64,000 nt of DNA from positions 20,072-84,071 of the IMG/VR virus record IMGVR_UViG_3300025141_012285; one strand, 5' to 3'. The notes below the pieces were generated by a model. It made no database searches, had not been told where the DNA came from, and saw only the letters and a program-made list of their open reading frames with translations. The first letter of the stretch is position 1; the number at the start of each line of letters is the position of its first letter. Below are positions 9,004 to 18,381 of this stretch, one piece after another. This stretch comes from a virus. The translations under genes and the position numbers were made by a program.

Positions 9004-9032
9004 TTTACAAAGACGAAGATACGTGCTATAGT
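9004..9032 (+). promoter_or_regulatory. Putative sigma70 promoter for the Fe-S cassette
   Basis: TTTACA, 17 nt spacer, TATAGT with extended TG, intergenic before iscU. Confidence 0.65.
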
Positions 9033-9063
9033 CTATATACGATAGCTAAAAAGGTCTATTACA

Positions 9064-9459
9064 ATGTCATATTCAGAAAAAGTTCTTGATCATATGGAGA
9101 ATCCTCGCAATGTTGGAAGCATGGATAAAGAGTCCCCGAACGTTGGAACGGGAATCGTTGGTGCACCCGCATGTGGTGATGTGTTAAAGCTGCAATTGAA
9201 AATTAATGATAATGGATTGATCGAGGAAGCCAAGTTTAAAACTTTTGGGTGTGGTTCTGCTATCGCCTCTAGCTCTTTAATCACCACCATGGTAAAAGGT
9301 ATACATGTAGACGACGCCATGGAAATTTCTAACTTCGAAATAGCGAAAGAGCTATCACTCCCCCCAGTTAAAATACATTGTTCAGTATTGGCTGAGGATG
9401 CAATCAAAGCCGCTATCCATGACTGGGAAGCTAAACAGGACGATACAAAAGATGAATAG
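9064..9459 (+). CDS. iscU: Fe-S cluster scaffold IscU
   Basis: YSEKVLDH..NPRNVG, GAPACGDV, FKTFGCGSAIASSS, LPPVKIHCSVLAEDAI (three Cys plus the HscA-binding LPPVK). Confidence 0.96.
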   Translation: MSYSEKVLDHMENPRNVGSMDKESPNVGTGIVGAPACGDVLKLQLKINDNGLIEEAKFKTFGCGSAIASSSLITTMVKGIHVDDAMEISNFEIAKELSLPPVKIHCSVLAEDAIKAAIHDWEAKQDDTKDE

Positions 9460-9715
9460 AGAGGCCATACAAGATTTTGTTGATGAAGATATTAACCCAG
9501 CACTCTCCATGCATGGTGGCCATTTAAAAATTGTGTCGGTAGACGACAAGGGCCTTGTTGAAATTGAGTTAAGCGGTGGCTGTCAAGGATGTGCCTCAGC
9601 CAGCGAAACTGTAAAAACTGCAGCTAGCGAGTTGATGAGGAATAAATTCCCCGGGATAACAGATATTAAAGATATTACTGATCATTCCGCAGGAGAGGAT
9701 CCATACCACAAATGA
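9452..9715 (+). CDS. NifU-C/Nfu-type Fe-S carrier
   Basis: INPALSMHGGHL...LSGGCQGCASA CxxC motif. Start placed at ATG 9452, overlapping the iscU stop. Confidence 0.88.
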   Translation: MNREAIQDFVDEDINPALSMHGGHLKIVSVDDKGLVEIELSGGCQGCASASETVKTAASELMRNKFPGITDIKDITDHSAGEDPYHK

Positions 9716-10035
9716 TTACTGTAACTGAAGCAGCCAAAGATAAGATAAGAACTATAATGGCAAAAAGGCAAACCCCAGGCCAATATTTGAGAATAGCCCT
9801 GCAGGGTGGTGGCTGTTCGGGATTTATGTATAGCTATGATTTAGTATCAGAACCAGATGAAAAGGATAAGATATTTGAATTTGACGATGTAAAAATTTGC
9901 ATTGATATAAAGTCGTATTTATTTTTAAGTGGAATGGAAATAGATTACGAAGAAGATTTATTAAAGTCGGGATTAGTATTCAACGCACCGCAAGCTAAAC
10001 GCACATGCGGATGCGGAGAATCAATATCATTTTAA
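9712..10035 (+). CDS. iscA: A-type Fe-S carrier (IscA/ErpA/HesB)
   Basis: ITVTEAA, GGGCSGFMY, FNAP..KRTCGCGES. Confidence 0.92.
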   Translation: MITVTEAAKDKIRTIMAKRQTPGQYLRIALQGGGCSGFMYSYDLVSEPDEKDKIFEFDDVKICIDIKSYLFLSGMEIDYEEDLLKSGLVFNAPQAKRTCGCGESISF

Positions 10036-10050
10036 AAAATAGGAGAAAAA

Positions 10051-10338
10051 ATGAGCGACACACCAACAACAATCACCGAAGAAGCGGTGCACAACAACCC
10101 TATATTATCAATGGTTGTAGAAAAAGATTCAGATTTGAAAGAATATCTGGTACAATATGTGGGAACCAAATTGGATAAAGAAGAAGTGACTGTAGAAATG
10201 ATTACGGAAATACTTGCGGTTGAGTTCCCAGAGTTTATGTACTCCATGGCCGAAGAAAACTTTCTCCTAGGCTATAAACAAGGATTAGATGATGCTGAGA
10301 AATTATATAATAGAAAAACAGAACCAACTGAAGAATAA
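10051..10338 (+). CDS. Hypothetical acidic protein
   Basis: 95 aa with an AGGAG RBS. Confidence 0.6.
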   Translation: MSDTPTTITEEAVHNNPILSMVVEKDSDLKEYLVQYVGTKLDKEEVTVEMITEILAVEFPEFMYSMAEENFLLGYKQGLDDAEKLYNRKTEPTEE

Positions 10339-10987
10339 AACTGTGGATTTTTACACCCCGGGTGGACTACATGTTTTCTTTCAACATCCCGTAGAAGGGG
10401 TAGATGTAGAAAAAGTTATCGACAAAGTGGAGATGATGATCCCACACCATCTCTTAGACGAGGTGGAAATGATTATTTTTGGATGGTTTGACGAATTTGA
10501 AGAGAGATCTATAAATGCATTTTATGATGATAATGCGTTATATATTTCTTATCTGCAAGAAGGTGAAGAAGATCTTTACGACGATATTGTTCACGAGATT
10601 GCCCATTCGCTGGAAAATGCGCACGGATATCAGATATACGCAGATGAAAAGATTAAAGAAGAGTTTCTGCGAAAGCGGAAACACTTGCATGACATTCTGT
10701 GGAACACAGGATTCAAAGCACCTATATCTTTTTTTGAAAATACCGAATACGATAAAGAGTTCGACAAGTTTTTGTATGAGAAGATAGGGTATGACAAACT
10801 CGCAACGCTTATGCAGGGATTATTTGTGAGTCCGTATGCTGCAACTTCCCTAAGAGAATACTTTGCGACAGGCTTTGCAGAATATTATCTGGATTCCAAC
10901 CATAAGTTCTTCAATCAGGTTTCCCCGGCGCTGTACGAGAAGATAGCCTTTCTACAAAAAATAAAAAATCTTGACTTTGATGCCTGA
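10289..10987 (+). CDS. Zinc metallopeptidase-like protein (HEXXH, anthrax-LF/Mlc-titration-factor-like)
   Basis: IVHEIAHSLE plus downstream SPYAATSLREYFATGF third-ligand motif. Confidence 0.7.
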   Translation: MMLRNYIIEKQNQLKNKTVDFYTPGGLHVFFQHPVEGVDVEKVIDKVEMMIPHHLLDEVEMIIFGWFDEFEERSINAFYDDNALYISYLQEGEEDLYDDIVHEIAHSLENAHGYQIYADEKIKEEFLRKRKHLHDILWNTGFKAPISFFENTEYDKEFDKFLYEKIGYDKLATLMQGLFVSPYAATSLREYFATGFAEYYLDSNHKFFNQVSPALYEKIAFLQKIKNLDFDA

Positions 10988-10999
10988 TTGCGTTATACT
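10971..10999 (+). promoter_or_regulatory. Putative sigma70 promoter
   Basis: TTGACT, 17 nt spacer, TATACT, then an AGGAG RBS and GTG at 11024. Confidence 0.7.
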
Positions 11000-11023
11000 A
11001 CCTTAAACACATTAGGAGTTACT

Positions 11024-11791
11024 GTGCCTCATATATCTTATTCGGAATTAAAAGATTGGAAATTCTGCGCTTTTTACCACAAGCTTACACGCGTGGATGG
11101 CATTGACGGGTTCAAGGGGAATGAATATACCGCCTTTGGATCTGCCATTCACTCCGTTTGCGAAAAGAAACTACTCCAAGAAGAACTGACAGATGATTTT
11201 TTTGTTACAGAGTTGGAAAAGAATATAGCGTCTTTAAATGAAGTAGAGATTAACGATCAACTTGTCCATCAAATGATGGGTCAGGGAAAGAAGATAATTC
11301 CCGAAATAGATGACGCGCTGGAAGAATACTTTGAAGAATACGAAGTGATGGCCGTCGAAATGCCGTTAATGGAAAGTATTGACGGCGAAGAAGAATACAA
11401 ATTCAAAGGTTATATCGATGCGATAGTCGCAACTCCCGATGGAAAAGTACATATTTTTGACTGGAAGACATGCTCGTGGGGATGGGATGCCCGCAAACGC
11501 GCCGATCCCATAGTCACTTATCAACTTACTTTATACAAAGAGTTCTTTTGCAAAAAAATGGATATTGATCCCAAGAACGTAGAAACGCACTTCGCACTAC
11601 TTAAGAGAACAACCAATAAAAACCACGTGGAGTTTTTCCGAGTTACGAGCGGACCAAAAAAAACAGAAAATGCGCTTAAACTTTTAAACACGGCATTATA
11701 CAATATCAAGAACAGTCGATATATTAAGAACCGACTTTCTTGTACGGGCGGTTATGGCTGTAAATTTTATAAGACAGAACACTGTCCATGA
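11024..11791 (+). CDS. PD-(D/E)XK RecB/Cas4/AddB-like exonuclease with four Cys
   Basis: ISYSEL..WKFC, FGSAIH, VEMP, KGYIDAI, IFDWKT, YQLTLY, C-terminal CTGGYGCKFYKTEHC. Start moved to GTG 11024 because of the RBS and promoter. Confidence 0.85.
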   Translation: MPHISYSELKDWKFCAFYHKLTRVDGIDGFKGNEYTAFGSAIHSVCEKKLLQEELTDDFFVTELEKNIASLNEVEINDQLVHQMMGQGKKIIPEIDDALEEYFEEYEVMAVEMPLMESIDGEEEYKFKGYIDAIVATPDGKVHIFDWKTCSWGWDARKRADPIVTYQLTLYKEFFCKKMDIDPKNVETHFALLKRTTNKNHVEFFRVTSGPKKTENALKLLNTALYNIKNSRYIKNRLSCTGGYGCKFYKTEHCP

Positions 11792-11798
11792 GGAATAA

Positions 11799-13088
11799 AT
11801 GAATAAAAAGAAAATCTTGGTCCTAGCTGACCATCCACTTTCACCTTCGGGTGTTGGTACACAAACTAAATATATGATTGAAGCCCTGCTTAAAACCGGC
11901 CGCTATAAATTTATTTGTTTAGGGGGCGCCATGACGCACAATGACTATAATGCGGTCAGAGTAGACCCATATGGCGACGATTGGGTTATCTATCCTGTTG
12001 ATGGGTACGGAAATCATGAGATTATTAGATCGTTGCTAGCAAAAGAGAAACCAGACGTACTTTGGTTTATGACGGATCCCCGATTTTACGAATGGCTATG
12101 GGAAATTGAAAACGAAGTCCGCGCGAATATTCCAATGGTATATTATCACGTTTGGGATAACTTCCCAGCGCCACACTTCAATGGTAAATGGTACCGATCA
12201 AATGATCATATTGCCTGCATCTCTAAAGTTACGCATGCTATTGTTCAAGAAGTGGCGCCTGCGGTTGATTCAACTTATTTGCCCCACGCGGTACCGGCTA
12301 CAATTTTTCACCCCGCCTCAACTCCAGAAGAGAAGGCGGAAGCAGTGAACGTTCGAAATCAAATATTTGAGGCAGACACAGAGCGAAAGTTTGTAAATCC
12401 TAAAAAGAAGATCTTCTTCTGGAATAGTCGAAATGCCCGCCGTAAACAAAGCGGAACATTGATCTGGTGGTTTAAAGAACTGCTTGATGAAATAGGACAC
12501 GATAAGGCTACGTTGTTGATGCATACCGACCCTCGTGATCCACATGGTCAGGATTTACCTCATATTATCGAGCACTTAGGTCTTATCTCTGGCCAAGTTT
12601 TACTTTCCTCGGTTAAGATTCCACCCGAGGCCATGGCCAATATGTATCGCGCCGCGGATTATACGATCGGTATTAGTGACGCAGAAGGCTTCGGCCTATC
12701 TACTCTAGAGTCTTTGACTTGCGGCACTCCGATTATCGTTAATATGACCGGCGGCCTGCAGGAACAGGTTACAAATGGAAAAGAATGGTTTGGGTGGGGG
12801 ATCCAGCCGAGCAGCAAAGCCGTAATTGGTTCATTACAAGTCCCCTATATTTACGAGGACCGCATCGGCCAGGAAGACTTTAATCGTGTGATGAAGAAGG
12901 CATTAGCCTTAAGTGCACCAAAATACAAAAAGATGAGCGAAATGGGCTTGCAACATATAAAGAATAACTATAACTTTGAAGACTATGAACAAAATTGGAT
13001 TAATCTCATGGATAATATTGTTGAGAAACACGGCTCCTGGGAAAATCGCAAAAATCATAGACGATGGCATTTATTGGAGGTGGCATAA
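11799..13088 (+). CDS. Glycosyltransferase, GT-B/GT4-like
   Basis: SGVGTQ, RNARRKQ, EGFGLSTLESLTCGTPII, TGGLQEQV. Confidence 0.88.
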   Translation: MNKKKILVLADHPLSPSGVGTQTKYMIEALLKTGRYKFICLGGAMTHNDYNAVRVDPYGDDWVIYPVDGYGNHEIIRSLLAKEKPDVLWFMTDPRFYEWLWEIENEVRANIPMVYYHVWDNFPAPHFNGKWYRSNDHIACISKVTHAIVQEVAPAVDSTYLPHAVPATIFHPASTPEEKAEAVNVRNQIFEADTERKFVNPKKKIFFWNSRNARRKQSGTLIWWFKELLDEIGHDKATLLMHTDPRDPHGQDLPHIIEHLGLISGQVLLSSVKIPPEAMANMYRAADYTIGISDAEGFGLSTLESLTCGTPIIVNMTGGLQEQVTNGKEWFGWGIQPSSKAVIGSLQVPYIYEDRIGQEDFNRVMKKALALSAPKYKKMSEMGLQHIKNNYNFEDYEQNWINLMDNIVEKHGSWENRKNHRRWHLLEVA

Positions 13089-14338
13089 TGCGTAAAACAG
13101 TTGTACTGAGAGGCCCGGTCCTCACTAGATCTGGCTATGGCGAACAGGCGCGATTTGCACTGCGCTCGCTCCGCAGTAGAGAGGACATCTTTGATATTTA
13201 TATTCATCCTCTGCAGTGGGGGCATACCAGTTGGCTACACGAAGATAATGAAGAGAGAAAATGGATGGACACGAAAATTGAGCAAACAATCAGTCACGTC
13301 CAGAATAACGGGACGTTTGATTATTCGGTTCAGGTAACCATACCCAATGAGTGGGAGAATATTGCAACCAAAAATATAGGTTACACAGCAGGTATTGAAA
13401 CCACCAAAATCGCACACGAGTGGATTCAAAAGGGTAACGAGATGGATTCCATTATTGTGGTTTCTAATCATTCTAAAAACGTTTATGAAAGTACTCATTA
13501 CGAAGCAGTGGTAGAACAAACAGGCGAGCCCGTGACCCTAAAGAACACAGTCCCCATCACCGCAGTTAACTATCCAGTAAAGACTTATGAAAACTTAGAA
13601 GAACCAGAGTTGAATTTGACGACTGATTATAACTTCTTGTGTGTGGCCCAATTCGGGCCCCGCAAAAATCTAGAGAACACTATCAAGTGGTTTTTAGAAG
13701 AATTTAAGAACGATTCGGATGTTGGTCTTGTGGTCAAAACTAATATAGCAAAAAACTGTTCCGTCGATCGAGAAGTTTGTTATGCACGCCTTGCTAATAC
13801 TGCAAAGCAGGTACCTGATCACAAATGTAAACTATATTTGTTACATGGAGACTTAACAGACGAAGAAATGCATTCAATGTATATCCATCCAAAAATTAAA
13901 GCAGCGCTCTCTCTCTCACATGGTGAAGGGTTTGGGTTACCTTTGTTTGAGGCAGCTTATATGGGCATCCCCGTGGTGGCCACCGGGTGGTCCGGACAGC
14001 TAGACTTTCTCTGTGACGAAGAAGGCAAAAACAATTTCTATAATGTTAGTTTTGATATGGTCCCAATACCCGAAAATGTAGTTTGGGATGGCGTCCTTAT
14101 TAAAGATTCTATGTGGGCTGTTCCTCGCGAGCAAGGATCTAAGACTAAAATGAGAGAATGTTACGAAGCAACAAAAGAGGGAGATGTCCAAAAACACAGG
14201 GAATATGCAAAAGAACTTGCTACCAGATTTTCTGAAGAAAAAATGTATAAGGAGTTCATCGATGCGATGGGTATTGATGAAGAAGAGTTCAATGTGGAAA
14301 GCTGGCTCGATGGTTTGGATATCGAAGAAATAGATTAG
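13088..14338 (+). CDS. Glycosyltransferase, GT-B/GT4-like
   Basis: SGYGEQAR, GPRKN, HGEGFGLPLFEAAYMGIPVVATGWSGQLDF. TAATG coupling supports the start at 13088. Confidence 0.88.
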   Translation: MRKTVVLRGPVLTRSGYGEQARFALRSLRSREDIFDIYIHPLQWGHTSWLHEDNEERKWMDTKIEQTISHVQNNGTFDYSVQVTIPNEWENIATKNIGYTAGIETTKIAHEWIQKGNEMDSIIVVSNHSKNVYESTHYEAVVEQTGEPVTLKNTVPITAVNYPVKTYENLEEPELNLTTDYNFLCVAQFGPRKNLENTIKWFLEEFKNDSDVGLVVKTNIAKNCSVDREVCYARLANTAKQVPDHKCKLYLLHGDLTDEEMHSMYIHPKIKAALSLSHGEGFGLPLFEAAYMGIPVVATGWSGQLDFLCDEEGKNNFYNVSFDMVPIPENVVWDGVLIKDSMWAVPREQGSKTKMRECYEATKEGDVQKHREYAKELATRFSEEKMYKEFIDAMGIDEEEFNVESWLDGLDIEEID

Positions 14339-15174
14339 TGAAAATAATATTCATCGCAGATTTTTTTGTGGAACAAGTGCTTGGCGGCGGCGAGTTAAAT
14401 AATGACGAACTTCTGCAAATATTGGTTGCTAATGGTCATGGTGTCATAAAGATGAATAGTCACAATTTGACTGAATCTTTTATAAAGAATAACAAAGACG
14501 CCCATTTTATAATCGCCAACTTTGTCAATGTGAAGCCCTACCTACTAGGGCATTTTTATGATAAAAAGTATATTATCTACGAGCATGATCACAAGTATAT
14601 GCTTTCCCGGAATCCGGGTGCCTATCCCGATTTTAAGGCGCCCCCCGAAGCGCTTGTAAACGTTGAGCTTTATAAAAATGCACAAGCAGTGCTCTGTCAA
14701 TCTCAGTTCCATCTGGAAATAATAAAGATGAATCTCCAGTTAGAAAATCTTATTAATTTGAGTGGGAACATTTGGTCTACATCTTCCTTGGATTTGATGT
14801 TGAGAATGTCTAAGAAAGAAAAGCAAGACATGTGTTCGATCATGCATTCTCAGATTCCTCACAAGAATACGAGAGAAGCGGTTATGTATTGCGAGCACAC
14901 AAAAAAGCCATATAAATTGATATCTAGTAAGAATTACGAGTCATTTTTAGATCAACTAAGTGATAACCAAACGTTCATATTCTTTCCCCAGACTCCTGAA
15001 ACCCTCTCTAGGGTTGTTGTAGAGGCTCGCATGATGGGGATGAGTGTTATCGTTAATAAAATGATTGGCGCCACGCGTGAACCATGGTACGAACTGAAAG
15101 GCAAAGAGTTGATTGAATATATGCATGCTAAACGAACTGCAATTGCGGATTTAGTGGCTAAGGCGGTAGCATGA
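14338..15174 (+). CDS. Putative glycosyltransferase (GT-B-like)
   Basis: GGGELN N-terminal loop and PETLSRVVVEARMMG (EX7E motif). Confidence 0.7.
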   Translation: MKIIFIADFFVEQVLGGGELNNDELLQILVANGHGVIKMNSHNLTESFIKNNKDAHFIIANFVNVKPYLLGHFYDKKYIIYEHDHKYMLSRNPGAYPDFKAPPEALVNVELYKNAQAVLCQSQFHLEIIKMNLQLENLINLSGNIWSTSSLDLMLRMSKKEKQDMCSIMHSQIPHKNTREAVMYCEHTKKPYKLISSKNYESFLDQLSDNQTFIFFPQTPETLSRVVVEARMMGMSVIVNKMIGATREPWYELKGKELIEYMHAKRTAIADLVAKAVA

Positions 15175-16238
15175 ACTTGATTCTTTCCTATCCGCGGAGC
15201 GGAAGCACTTTTGTGCGCTATATTATTGAACACTTTACGAAGCGCCCAACGCGGGGCCCACCTACTTCAACAAACCTTGTTGATAGTCCGCGCATTGAGA
15301 AATATAAAAATGAAAAACCCGTCGCTTTTAAGATACATGGAGAAGATGCCCTGCACCAAGAATATATCCATGCCATGCTGAAGCGCAATATACCTTTAAT
15401 ATTTTTGATGCGTAATCCAATGGAGATGTTTCCTCGCCACACCGGTCAAGAGAGAGCTTACACCATAGCTTCCGAACCTCCCGTCCCTCCTCTTTCTGCG
15501 GATATAGCGTATTTTTTTGAAAACATAAAAACGTATGAATTGTACGAAGGGAAAAAGCAAATCTTTTATTATGAGGACTTGGTAGAAAAACCCGCATATG
15601 TCATAAAACAGCTGTGCGAATTTTTGAACGTAGATACAAACGGCGCCGAACAGCGCAAGTTCATGGATAATTTTGAGGAACACTTTGAGAACAGCCGCAG
15701 CGCCTATAACGCAGACCAATCCGAAGACTCAGACCTAGTATTTTTCATGACTTTGGAGCCACCTGGTCCAGGTGGCCAAGGTACCTTTGTTCCCTATTCT
15801 CGGTTCCTTCAGCGGGGCAAAAATGCATCTGATAATCAGAAAATGCCCGGATTGGAGTGGAGTCCGGAGACAGATCTCGATGTATTTAAATTTAAACAGA
15901 TGCGAATATACCAAGGCCACCCGGACGTAGAGGTGTTCGATGGCATACCTGAGCTTCATTGGCAATTCGCGCTCGCGCACGATCCTGCAAAACGGACTGA
16001 TCCACAACACAACGGCATCCTCATCACGTATGAGATGGCAGAAGCGACCGCGGTCATCCCGACTACCCTTGAGACCAAAGGAACACACAGTGATGGAAAG
16101 ACCATCGTTAGCTATTCTCTGAGATTAACCCCAAGACAACAAGAAAACTTCTGGAGCAACTTTAAAGAGCTTTGTGGTTCCGGAAACTGGGACACATGCG
16201 AGAGATATATGGATATCGAGTATGGGGAGGAGAAATGA
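15171..16238 (+). CDS. PAPS-dependent sulfotransferase-like protein, copy 1
   Basis: 5'-PSB loop LSYPRSGSTFVR, KIH, 3'-PB IFLMRNP, YYEDLV. Confidence 0.8.
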   Translation: MNLILSYPRSGSTFVRYIIEHFTKRPTRGPPTSTNLVDSPRIEKYKNEKPVAFKIHGEDALHQEYIHAMLKRNIPLIFLMRNPMEMFPRHTGQERAYTIASEPPVPPLSADIAYFFENIKTYELYEGKKQIFYYEDLVEKPAYVIKQLCEFLNVDTNGAEQRKFMDNFEEHFENSRSAYNADQSEDSDLVFFMTLEPPGPGGQGTFVPYSRFLQRGKNASDNQKMPGLEWSPETDLDVFKFKQMRIYQGHPDVEVFDGIPELHWQFALAHDPAKRTDPQHNGILITYEMAEATAVIPTTLETKGTHSDGKTIVSYSLRLTPRQQENFWSNFKELCGSGNWDTCERYMDIEYGEEK

Positions 16239-16617
16239 GTATTAATCTTATTCTCTCTTATCCCCGAAGTGGCAGCACTTTTGTGCGCTATATTATTGAA
16301 CACTTTACGCAGCGCCCCACTCGGGGGCCCCCCACATCAACCCATCTTATTGATGCGCCTGTTACTTCTATCGACACGAATAAAAAAACAATCGCCGTTA
16401 AAATACATGGAGAAGATGCCCGGCACCAAGAATATATCCATGCCATGCTGAAGCGCAATATACCTTTAATATTTTTGATGCGTAATCCAATGGAGATGTT
16501 TACGCGGCATACGGACATCGACCATACGCGCACAATCGTTCATTATCCGCGAGAAGAAATACCGCAAAATATAGCGTATTTTTTTGAAAACATAAAAACG
16601 TATGAATTGTACGAAGG
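15333..16617 (+). repeat. Direct repeats between the two sulfotransferase paralogs
   Basis: 15333-15431 vs 16403-16501 (99 nt, one mismatch) and 15502-15550 vs 16569-16617 (49 nt identical). Confidence 0.9.
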
Positions 16618-17425
16618 AAAAAAGCAGATATTTTATTATGAAGACTTGGTAGATAATCCAGCCATTGTCATCAAACAGTTGTGCCAGTTTTTGAAAGTAG
16701 ATCCGAGCGGCAAAGCACAACAAAAATTTATGGATAATTTTGATGAGCACTTCAAAAAGAGCCGTCATGTATATAACACGCACCAAGGTAGTCCATCCAC
16801 GATGCTGTTGTTTCTTGGCATCGACCACTCTCGCATGCGAGACACCACCTCGATCGAGATGAGTACAATTGCCGAGTGGGCCAACACATTGCCCATCGCA
16901 GGCGAGCATCTCGGGATGGACACGGGCCCAAATAGACCTCCCATAACATTGGTCTTCTTTACTGCGTCCGGAAAACTCAATCCGGGGATAGAAGCGCTCA
17001 CTCTTCCCCCTCTGGATGACAAAATGCTCGATTATGTCGCAACCCGACTGATCTCGAAGCGCTACGACACTTTTTGTGGCCCATCCCCATCTGCCCCCGC
17101 AGACGCCCTCTCCTGGTACGAGATTGCCAATCTTATAAAGAAAGTCGACGTCAGTGCCGGGCCCGGACGTTTCCTAAACCCCTCATTAATTATACACCAC
17201 GGCAGAGAAGCCATCGAAAAACACGCCAGCCTTGCAGTTCGAATCCCCACCGATGAAATATATGGTGGAACCCGTAGTGATGGAAAAACCACCACGCGCT
17301 ATGCTATAGAGTTGACGACCGAGCAACGCGCAAGATTCTGGAGCAACTTTAAGGAGTTGTGTGGTAAAGACAACTGGCACACATGCGAAAGATATATGAA
17401 TATTGATTACGGGGCGCCAGCATGA
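16235..17425 (+). CDS. PAPS-dependent sulfotransferase-like protein, copy 2
   Basis: Same motifs as copy 1. ATG at 16235 after a GGAGG RBS, ATGA overlap. Confidence 0.8.
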   Translation: MSINLILSYPRSGSTFVRYIIEHFTQRPTRGPPTSTHLIDAPVTSIDTNKKTIAVKIHGEDARHQEYIHAMLKRNIPLIFLMRNPMEMFTRHTDIDHTRTIVHYPREEIPQNIAYFFENIKTYELYEGKKQIFYYEDLVDNPAIVIKQLCQFLKVDPSGKAQQKFMDNFDEHFKKSRHVYNTHQGSPSTMLLFLGIDHSRMRDTTSIEMSTIAEWANTLPIAGEHLGMDTGPNRPPITLVFFTASGKLNPGIEALTLPPLDDKMLDYVATRLISKRYDTFCGPSPSAPADALSWYEIANLIKKVDVSAGPGRFLNPSLIIHHGREAIEKHASLAVRIPTDEIYGGTRSDGKTTTRYAIELTTEQRARFWSNFKELCGKDNWHTCERYMNIDYGAPA

Positions 17426-18381
17426 AAGCGTACATACCAAAATACTCTAATTTTGCAGGTCGGTGGATATACGATGGATACGGAAGAGCATGGGAGAGCT
17501 TGGGCTTTGACGTCGCCGAGGAACTAACAGAAGATCCCGATGGGCTAACTGCCTTCACGAGTCAAATCCCAACCGGCAGAGAAAATTTGGAAGAAGAGTA
17601 TGTGCTGATGTCGGTTGGAGAGAGTGTTTTGCAGAACCCTCCTTTGTTTTTAAAAGCGGCACAAAACAGTCACAAAACTTTTATACATGTACAGCCCCAC
17701 ACTTTTCCGGATCCTTGGGGTCGACACCGCAACTTTGTTTCTCGAATGCCTGATGATATTATAGAGGCACTAACGAGCCTACCGAATGTTCATTTGTGGG
17801 CTTTTTCTGATGCGGTAGACATTCCGGGCCATTACGACAAATGGAAGAAAGTAAATTGCATACCTCTGGCATTTGATTCTATAGGGTACCAGCCCGCTGC
17901 AGAGCCGAAATATAAACAGTTTGATGTGAGTTTTGTTGGCGGCTGGGCAAACAACGGATTCGACGAAAAGAGAAAGATAATCATAGAAACGTTCACAGCG
18001 TTTAAAGATTCAGGCCTTAAGTGTGGTTTTTTCGTAAACAAAAATCTCACACACCAGCAGGAGTGTGATCTCCTTGCCAACAGTAAAATAACTTTAAACA
18101 TTCATGATGCTTACCAAAGAATCCTTGGTCATGACACGAACGAAAGAACATTTAAATCTTTAGGATTAAATGGCGCTTTAGTCTCGGATTCTGTAGGACA
18201 GTTGAGTAGATTGTTTCCAGACATAAAAACATCTTCAGATGCACAAGAGATGGTCGACTTCGTAAAACAGCTTCTATCCTTGTCCGACATCGAACTGAGC
18301 GCCGTAAAACAAAAAAACAAGCAAGACATCCTAGACAATCACTGTTATACTAATAGAGTGGAGGCCCTGTTAGCCTTATGA
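17422..18381 (+). CDS. Glycosyltransferase (CgeB/Glyco_trans_1_2-like)
   Basis: DVSFVGG, SKITLNIH, NERTFK, DNHCYTNRV. Confidence 0.75.
   Translation: MKAYIPKYSNFAGRWIYDGYGRAWESLGFDVAEELTEDPDGLTAFTSQIPTGRENLEEEYVLMSVGESVLQNPPLFLKAAQNSHKTFIHVQPHTFPDPWGRHRNFVSRMPDDIIEALTSLPNVHLWAFSDAVDIPGHYDKWKKVNCIPLAFDSIGYQPAAEPKYKQFDVSFVGGWANNGFDEKRKIIIETFTAFKDSGLKCGFFVNKNLTHQQECDLLANSKITLNIHDAYQRILGHDTNERTFKSLGLNGALVSDSVGQLSRLFPDIKTSSDAQEMVDFVKQLLSLSDIELSAVKQKNKQDILDNHCYTNRVEALLAL

Noticed and set aside
11024-11791. Cas4-like nuclease as a sign of CRISPR-Cas
   Set aside because: No repeat-spacer array or other cas genes were seen, and solo Cas4/RecB-like nucleases are common in phages
15723-17269. Sulfotransferase inserts as inteins or DGR variable regions
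   Set aside because: No C-terminal His-Asn splice motif or endonuclease motifs, no reverse transcriptase in the window, and the single mismatch in the 99-nt repeat is T/G rather than adenine-specific
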